Virus record (IMG/VR): IMGVR_UViG_2681813227_000011
Direction: 5' to 3' (one strand)
Length of the DNA: 22,219 bases
Origin: a virus
Taxonomy: Duplodnaviria; Heunggongvirae; Uroviricota; Caudoviricetes
The notes beneath the pieces were generated by a model. It was not told the DNA's origin. It saw only the letters and a list, made by a program, of their open reading frames with translations, and searched no databases. Positions 16,299-22,219 of this stretch are shown here, one piece after another (positions within the stretch are counted from its first letter, which is position 1; each line of letters begins with the position of its first letter). The position numbers and the translations under genes were made by a program.

Positions 16299-17798
16299 TC
16301 ACAAAATGAAACGGATCTGTGCTGCCAGGAAGCGGAACTGGTTAACCAGATCCGGCGTGCATAACACGTCAAGACGGTTTCGATCTGACGCATTACGCTC
16401 CACAAGCAGATTCTTTTTAAAGGTGTCCAGATTTTCGACCAGCCCGAGTTCCACCCACTCTTCACCCAGCGAAATTAACTGAAGCTTCATGATCTCCGGC
16501 GTCACGATATTCTGACCGGCACGAACGGGCGTCCCGTCATCAGCCAGTTTATGGCGCGGAAAACGTTGTGTGATAAAAGTACGCAGGGAATAACGCAGCC
16601 AGGAGAGGGTGTAGATGGTTTCCACATCCAGATAGCTGGGATCACTTTCGCCGTACACGTTCTGGCGATACATGGTCACCTGACGTTCGATCTGAACCAC
16701 ATCACCGGCAGCCACACTGACCGTGGCAATCCCTCCCCACAGCAGACTGTTACGCTCTTCACGCGTCAGACGATCGGCCGGGGCCGGGGCCATGCGTGAC
16801 GGAAGCGCCAGCGTCTGAAGCGGACGCGCAGGATCTGCCCCCAGAGACGGCGCACAGGTGGCGCAGACCGCCGCTGCCCAGAGGTAATCCGGTTCAGGGG
16901 CTTTGGGAATGAATGTGCAGGTCGCCAGAAAATCATTGCGTTTTGCCCCGAATGCCTGCACCTCACCAAACGTGCCGGTATGCGCCATCCACAGCACACC
17001 GTCAGACATTTTGGCCGGTCCCCAGCGTTTCAGAAGCTCATCACTGATGATTTTCAGGTTTGCATCATCCTTATAGGGCATGACGACATAGTTGTACTGG
17101 CGATCGCCCATACCCGCCACGCTTCGGGTGATATCCGGGTTAGTGGCTTTTGTTTTGGGATACCCAAGTTCAATGGTCAGTCCACCCGGTGTGGTTTCTC
17201 CGTCATGATAATTAACACGGATATCATGTACGGAACATTCACCGGTAAAACGGGCATTAATTCCCATACTTCCCTTGAGTCCGCTGGCGTTATCTGCTAC
17301 CTGACCTGCATAAGCACTGAAGGGCGCATCAGCATCGGCATTAATAACAGAGACCAGAGCGTCAATAAGCTCCTTACCCTTCTGCCCTTTCGTGACAGCC
17401 AGCAGATAACGCCGACCGCCGATATAAATGTGCAGAACACCATCCTGAGAGGCGGTGCCAATTATATTCATGAGACATGCCTGAGCCTGACCGGTGCCGC
17501 TCCCCTGAGCAATGGCATACAGTTCAGCATCAGGATTGATGGCGATAAATTCCGCCACCATCAGGGCAATCATGGAGCCGCGCCCCCAGAATTCTGTTGC
17601 CTGAGACGCACGGGTGATCCTGACCGGAACATCCAGAACACCGGCACCGTCCACGGCATTCTCTTTCATTCTCGCCTGACCAAACAGCAGCACACACTGA
17701 CGCTGTGCCGGAGTGCCGGTGACAGCCATGGAGTTATTAAACTCAACCTCAATCAGCGGTATACGGCGGTCATTACCGATCCCGTCAAAATTAATCAT
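16299..17798 (-). CDS. L: Contractile tail sheath protein (Mu L-like)
   Basis: 499 aa, conserved size and position upstream of the tube gene. Confidence 0.85.
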   Translation of the reverse strand: MINFDGIGNDRRIPLIEVEFNNSMAVTGTPAQRQCVLLFGQARMKENAVDGAGVLDVPVRITRASQATEFWGRGSMIALMVAEFIAINPDAELYAIAQGSGTGQAQACLMNIIGTASQDGVLHIYIGGRRYLLAVTKGQKGKELIDALVSVINADADAPFSAYAGQVADNASGLKGSMGINARFTGECSVHDIRVNYHDGETTPGGLTIELGYPKTKATNPDITRSVAGMGDRQYNYVVMPYKDDANLKIISDELLKRWGPAKMSDGVLWMAHTGTFGEVQAFGAKRNDFLATCTFIPKAPEPDYLWAAAVCATCAPSLGADPARPLQTLALPSRMAPAPADRLTREERNSLLWGGIATVSVAAGDVVQIERQVTMYRQNVYGESDPSYLDVETIYTLSWLRYSLRTFITQRFPRHKLADDGTPVRAGQNIVTPEIMKLQLISLGEEWVELGLVENLDTFKKNLLVERNASDRNRLDVLCTPDLVNQFRFLAAQIRFIL

Positions 17799-18040
17799 TG
17801 CGGTTTCTCCTTATCGGATGCCGGTTGGGCGACCGGTTTTTCTGTCGCAGTCGTTGCATCCGCAGATACAGCCGGAGCCTCTTCAGCGGCTTTTTCAGCC
17901 TGAATGACATCGCCGTCATCAAGACGCCGACACCAGAACGGCGTAAAGGGCTTTTCCTCCCCCTCCTGTGCCAGCGGGCGCATTGTGTCGGGATCACGAA
18001 TCAGGCGTCCCGGCGCGGGTTTGATAAAGATGGTTTTCAT
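17795..18040 (-). CDS. Small head/neck protein (DUF2635-like, Mu gp38-like)
   Basis: 81 aa, ATGA overlap with the sheath gene, acidic Ala/Glu-rich C-terminus. Confidence 0.55.
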   Translation of the reverse strand: MKTIFIKPAPGRLIRDPDTMRPLAQEGEEKPFTPFWCRRLDDGDVIQAEKAAEEAPAVSADATTATEKPVAQPASDKEKPQ

Positions 18041-18601
18041 TTACAGTTCCTCCGGCGGTTCGACCGCCGTTGTCGTGTTCCCCGGCAAATCAATATGTGC
18101 CTCAAACGGCGGCGTACCGGGCGGCTCCACAAAGGTTTCGTAATGACGCAGGAAGTCGTCCAGCGAGCTGATATCGGTCAGCGGTGCGATCATTTCCTCG
18201 CAGGAGAAATAAAGCGCATACATCACCGCACCACTGTCCGCCTGGGTTTCGGTGTAACCGTTGACCGCCTTTTCAAAGTAAAGCGGTGAGGTTTTTTCTG
18301 TTCTGAAGCCGTTAAGCACGGCAATCAGCCGGGCCACAATCTGATACAATCCGGGACGGCTGGCCTCACGCCCGTTGAGCATGTCGCCGATGACGTAGAA
18401 CACCCAGTGACTGACCAGGCGACCACGGGTACGGCCTTCACCGGCACCCAGCCAGGCAACGTAGATCGCCGGGGCGTTAATCAGCATGGTGCGCAGTACG
18501 CTGTCGCTCCAGTCGCCGGGATGCGTGTCAACAGACACCAGTTCATTCCCGAAATACTCACGGATACGGGCGATGTATGCCTGTTCGGTTTCCGTAATCA
18601 T
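18041..18601 (-). CDS. Head-tail joining/neck protein (Mu gp37-like)
   Basis: 186 aa, translationally coupled to its neighbours; assigned by synteny. Confidence 0.6.
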   Translation of the reverse strand: MITETEQAYIARIREYFGNELVSVDTHPGDWSDSVLRTMLINAPAIYVAWLGAGEGRTRGRLVSHWVFYVIGDMLNGREASRPGLYQIVARLIAVLNGFRTEKTSPLYFEKAVNGYTETQADSGAVMYALYFSCEEMIAPLTDISSLDDFLRHYETFVEPPGTPPFEAHIDLPGNTTTAVEPPEEL

Positions 18602-19017
18602 ATGAAGCCCTTCTGGTTGCGCCCGAATACCGCTGCATCAGACTGAACCTGTGGTAAATCCCCGGATTCAGGGGCCGCTCCGTTCGTATCCACACCTACC
18701 GGCACATTGCCGTTCATGACATCTTTCAGCCAGGCCAGCGCCTCACGGTAACGGTCACGCGCCTGATCTGAGGCTCGCTGATCGCACAGGTAATAAAAGG
18801 CAATCGCGCAACAGTGCTGAACAAGAACGGCCGGAATAACCTCCAGCGGCAGCGTGTAACGGGCGGACAGATAGCTGTCGATAAGGGCTGACGCATCTGT
18901 CAGCGCCCGGTTCAGCTTGCGCGTATCCGGCTCATCCGAACGGGGCACAGCCAGTAACGGCCTGAGCAAATCCTCGCGGTAACGCGCCCGCATATCGGTT
19001 TCAGTGGCGTAATTCAT
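18598..19017 (-). CDS. Head completion/connector protein (Mu gp36-like, DUF1320-like)
   Basis: 139 aa, ATGA overlap with the next gene; assigned by synteny. Confidence 0.6.
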   Translation of the reverse strand: MNYATETDMRARYREDLLRPLLAVPRSDEPDTRKLNRALTDASALIDSYLSARYTLPLEVIPAVLVQHCCAIAFYYLCDQRASDQARDRYREALAWLKDVMNGNVPVGVDTNGAAPESGDLPQVQSDAAVFGRNQKGFI

Positions 19018-19370
19018 GCACGGGCCTGTTTCGCTTTGTTACCGGTCTTTTTCCAGGGAGCATCCTGTCCGGCTTCGGCTTCGGCTTCGGCTAAATCTGT
19101 ACCGGCCACTGCATGAACCACACCCGCCACGCTCCCCGCATCATCAGCAGACGTCTGTAGTATTCGCACAGTGAGGCATGGCTCCGCCTCCAGTCGGGCA
19201 AGCTGCTCCGGGGTGACCTCAACCTGCTGACGTCCACGCGTGAACAGAAACCCCGCACGACGAAACGCCGAACGACTGCAACGCACTTCTGCCAGCACCG
19301 TGACAGAATTGTCACCACTGACCTGAAGACCTGAATCATCTGTTGCTGCCACAGTGTGATGTTCATTCAT
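19014..19370 (-). CDS. Small head protein (Mu gp35-like), hypothetical
   Basis: 118 aa, GGAGG Shine-Dalgarno upstream, directly after the major capsid gene. Confidence 0.55.
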   Translation of the reverse strand: MNEHHTVAATDDSGLQVSGDNSVTVLAEVRCSRSAFRRAGFLFTRGRQQVEVTPEQLARLEAEPCLTVRILQTSADDAGSVAGVVHAVAGTDLAEAEAEAGQDAPWKKTGNKAKQARA

Positions 19371-19413
19371 ATTTGCCCTCCGCAGGGGCCGGGCCGCAAG
19401 CCCGGCTCACCGT

Positions 19414-20361
19414 TTACAGATAATCCGCGACAACCAGCTCCAGCTTGCCCTTCATCTCGTTAGAGACGGTTGCGTTTCCGTCTGCGAACAGTTCACGCTC
19501 CAGCAGCTGCACCGCCTGTTTTTCCAGCGAGGTGGGGACAACAATATGGGTGGGTTTAATGCCGAGTTTGCGGCCACCGTCAGCGGTAAATTCGCGCATG
19601 GCTGACCAGCCGTGCCACAGTGCATCCAGCGTCAGCGGTGACTGCATCATGTAGGCCATCTGCCAGAAGCCGTAGCCCACATTGCGACGGGCGGATGCAC
19701 CAAACACAAATTCGTTATCGGTGAATGCGCGGCCTTCATCGACTTTGGTCTGGGCAACCAGTTCAGCCTTACGGCGATCCTGATAAATCAGCGGTTTTAC
19801 CGCGCGGGAGCAGTCAAGCAGATACCAGGCCGGACCGCTGTAATCAGCCTGTGCGCCGACAGAGCCGGTTTTTGCCACAAACATATTGCTGACCATCTGC
19901 GCATCCCCGGAGCCATCCACTTTGGGGTAAACCGGATGTTCGGTATCAAAGAAGTTCTGACCGTCATAGCAGGCCGCACTGATCCCGTCACGCAGGGCAG
20001 CAAAGACCAGCTCATCCGGTTGTACCGCCGCAGCGCGCCCCATCTCCTGGAACAACGGGGAATAAATACCGAGGTTGTCGTCTTCGAAGTCATCGCGGCT
20101 AATGGCGACAGTGCCTTCAAAAGTTTTGTTCACGATGGCATAGCCATAGGCTTTCATCTTCTCGATGACGCGGGAGCCGATCCACTCACGGAACTGCGGG
20201 AACTGCCCCAGCCAGCCGTAGGTGTTGGATTTCGATGTGGAGGGCACGGTCATCGCAATTTTTTTGTACTGCGACGGGGCCATGGACATCCCGGCCTGAA
20301 AATCAGAACGGTAGCCCGTCATCAGGGCGGTGATCATCGCCGGTGTAATCGGGGTAGGCAT
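19414..20361 (-). CDS. T: Major capsid protein (Mu T-like)
   Basis: 315 aa, directly downstream of the protease/scaffold gene with an ATG/stop overlap; typical Mu-type capsid protein size. Confidence 0.85.
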   Translation of the reverse strand: MPTPITPAMITALMTGYRSDFQAGMSMAPSQYKKIAMTVPSTSKSNTYGWLGQFPQFREWIGSRVIEKMKAYGYAIVNKTFEGTVAISRDDFEDDNLGIYSPLFQEMGRAAAVQPDELVFAALRDGISAACYDGQNFFDTEHPVYPKVDGSGDAQMVSNMFVAKTGSVGAQADYSGPAWYLLDCSRAVKPLIYQDRRKAELVAQTKVDEGRAFTDNEFVFGASARRNVGYGFWQMAYMMQSPLTLDALWHGWSAMREFTADGGRKLGIKPTHIVVPTSLEKQAVQLLERELFADGNATVSNEMKGKLELVVADYL

Positions 20362-21485
20362 TATTGCATTTCCTCTTTCATTTTCAGGAACTCGGCTTCG
20401 GTTTTACCCAGCAGTTTGGCGGCCGCGATATCTTCAGCCGACAGCACAGCGGTGGCAGTCTTTTTATCCGGCACGGTCACGGTGTCGGTCTGAAGGCCGG
20501 TCAGGGCCGCAACCGGCTGGCGGGCGTCAAGCTGTGCAGAAAGTGCCGCCACGCCAATCTGCCCGCCCAGTTGTTCCAGATAGCCGCGTTCACTTTTGAA
20601 GATGCGTCCTTCGGACTCGGCCTTGTCCAGCAACTGCTCCAGCGTGGTGCTGCCGTGCTGCGCCGACAGCGCAACGTATTCGGTACGCAGGGCGTTATAC
20701 GTTTCAACGGGCACGTATTTCGTCAGGTCAATACTGCCGCCAGCCGGTGTGCCTTTTGCAGTTTCCAGCTCTGCCGACAGACTGGCGACCTGTGTTTTCA
20801 GGTTGTCGTGTGCATCCGCACGGGTTTTGATCCCGGTGAGGGCAGACAGCGCTGCCGTGCCCAGCTCCGGCGTAAATTCGTCACCGTCAGCCACGGTCAG
20901 ACCGAGCGCCGTCAGCAACTGGCGTAATTGCTCATTCATGGAGGTATCCTTTAAAGGAGGGTTTAAGGCGTTATAAAGGTCATCCGCCGACAGTGCGGCG
21001 ACAGGATTCATGCCGGTCAGACCGGGGTCACCGGTAATAGCCAGCATCCGAAGTTCGACAGGTTCGCCGGTGCTCTCGTCATAGCCAATCACCGGTGAAA
21101 ACCAGGGGAATTCGTTATTACGCAGATGTTCAAGGGCCGGAGGGTTCCACTTCGGGCGCACCTCGAAACCTCGCTCTTCACTGAAGCGAAAATTCTCCGG
21201 TGAGGCCATCACAAAACCGGCAGCCGGTGCCGGATGTCCCTCAATCAGGGTCTGGTGGTTGTAGTCAATTTTCACCGGCTGATTGAGCGCCACAACACGG
21301 GAGACCATGCGCTCAACGGCTGCATGGTTGATCAGCCAGCCCTCGGCCGGTTTTTCCGGGAGACCGTCACGGGCCTTTACCCGACCGGCTGGCATGATCT
21401 GACACCAGTCACCGTCCCCGTCTGCGGACAGGCTGATGGCATTCAGAATGGCATAAGCAAGTTTGGGCGTGTTTTTCGTCTTCAT
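20361..21485 (-). CDS. I: Head maturation protease/scaffold protein (Mu I-like)
   Basis: 374 aa; the C-terminal third is an Ala/Leu/Glu-rich predicted coiled coil (scaffold-like); it immediately precedes the capsid gene. Confidence 0.8.
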   Translation of the reverse strand: MKTKNTPKLAYAILNAISLSADGDGDWCQIMPAGRVKARDGLPEKPAEGWLINHAAVERMVSRVVALNQPVKIDYNHQTLIEGHPAPAAGFVMASPENFRFSEERGFEVRPKWNPPALEHLRNNEFPWFSPVIGYDESTGEPVELRMLAITGDPGLTGMNPVAALSADDLYNALNPPLKDTSMNEQLRQLLTALGLTVADGDEFTPELGTAALSALTGIKTRADAHDNLKTQVASLSAELETAKGTPAGGSIDLTKYVPVETYNALRTEYVALSAQHGSTTLEQLLDKAESEGRIFKSERGYLEQLGGQIGVAALSAQLDARQPVAALTGLQTDTVTVPDKKTATAVLSAEDIAAAKLLGKTEAEFLKMKEEMQ

Positions 21486-21661
21486 TCCGGCAGCATAGGC
21501 CGGGAATTTTCAGGGCGGGTTTTGCGGGATTTCAGGAAGTGCTTTCAGGGGAAAAATACAAAGGCGCTTCACGCAGATTTTAAAGCCCGTTAAATTCAGG
21601 TTAGAAAATCACGACACGCGCCTGAAGGGGGTAAGGTAATGCATTTGCATACCTTAAACAA
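21486..21661 (-). promoter_or_regulatory. G-I intergenic region: candidate late promoter with dyad-symmetry elements
   Basis: Only substantial non-coding gap (176 bp) in the morphogenesis operon. Contains the near-perfect palindrome AAGGTAATGCATTTGCATACCTT and CCTTAA-N4-TTAAGG just after the G stop. Confidence 0.35.
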
Positions 21662-22135
21662 TTAAGGCGTTTCTGTGGCCTTTTTAAAGCGTTTTCTGAT
21701 TTCGTCCATGATCTCCTGCTCTGCCACCTGATCAAAGCCCATATACGGACGTGCACCAATGGCCGCCGGTCCAGGCGGCATACCTGGCAGGCCCCCCCAC
21801 TGATGAATGGCCGCATAAGGCTCATTTGATCCAATCAGCGCCCAGGTATCGCCATAATCCGTGGTCAGGCGTCGGGCCAGATCGCCGTTCAGCGTCAGGA
21901 TTTTGCCGGGCATGTATCCCTTACGGGTACGCCACTTGCGGTAAGGATCTGACCAGTCATGCCAGCGTTCGCCGTCCGGCTCTTTTTCCTGTTCAAACGC
22001 CATTTCTGACGATGACAGAAGGCTGGACGCCACACTGCGGGTCAGGTCTTTTCCACCACCCACAAACTGAAGCCGGGCAAAGACCCGCTGGAGACGCGTA
22101 ACGTCAACAACGACAGCGGCATCAATGGATGACAT
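21662..22135 (-). CDS. G: Virion morphogenesis protein (Mu G-like)
   Basis: 157 aa, GGAGG Shine-Dalgarno upstream, positioned upstream of the I-like gene as in Mu. Confidence 0.7.
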   Translation of the reverse strand: MSSIDAAVVVDVTRLQRVFARLQFVGGGKDLTRSVASSLLSSSEMAFEQEKEPDGERWHDWSDPYRKWRTRKGYMPGKILTLNGDLARRLTTDYGDTWALIGSNEPYAAIHQWGGLPGMPPGPAAIGARPYMGFDQVAEQEIMDEIRKRFKKATETP

Positions 22136-22219
22136 ATTGCCTCCGCATAAAGGATGAATATAAAATAAACAGGCGGTCAGTGTACGCTTAACTTGTAGTG
22201 GTCAAGTAATATTGGCCAC

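Larger units (their letters stand above)
968..22219 (-). mobile_element. Mu-like prophage, right-hand ~21 kb (continues beyond the window's right edge; right boundary probably between ~855 and 968)
   Basis: Collinear Mu-type order G, I, T, head/neck proteins, sheath, tube, chaperone, tape measure, DNA-circulation, baseplate, tail fibre, invertible segment, invertase, com, mom, all on one strand with translational coupling. Confidence 0.8.

Noticed and set aside
16980-17903. 307-aa plus-strand ORF
   Set aside because: Antisense to the tail sheath gene, with Cys/His/Arg-rich composition untypical of real proteins.
19936-20927. 185-aa and 187-aa plus-strand ORFs
   Set aside because: Antisense to the major capsid and protease/scaffold genes; no independent support.
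1-22219. tRNA, rRNA or integrase/transposase genes
   Set aside because: No cloverleaf-like or rRNA-like sequence and no integrase or transposase ORF were recognised. Mu-type transposase genes would lie at the opposite end of the prophage, outside this window.

Overview
This window is the minus-strand-encoded late (right-hand) region of a Mu-like myovirus prophage, followed by accessory cargo and a probable prophage boundary. Reading in the direction of transcription (high to low coordinates): virion-morphogenesis G-like protein, protease/scaffold I, major capsid T, four small head/neck proteins, tail sheath, tail tube, tail-assembly chaperone with a +1/-2 frame extension, tape measure, DNA-circulation protein, baseplate hub/spike/wedge proteins and tail fibre. 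Next comes a ~1.4 kb invertible tail-fibre segment bounded by gix-like 26-bp sites, with an adjacent Gin/Pin-family serine invertase. A ~3.6 kb lower-GC cargo block (NanS-p-like sialate O-acetylesterase plus four small unknown ORFs) then separates the invertase from a com-mom DNA-modification module. Beyond mom lie a ~100-bp repeat-bearing region (candidate prophage right end), a collagen-repeat gene with a small paralogous downstream ORF, and a terminator. No rRNA, tRNA or CRISPR array was seen. All calls rest on reading the supplied translations, gene order and the DNA itself; no database search was run, and hand-counted motif coordinates may be off by 1-2 bp.
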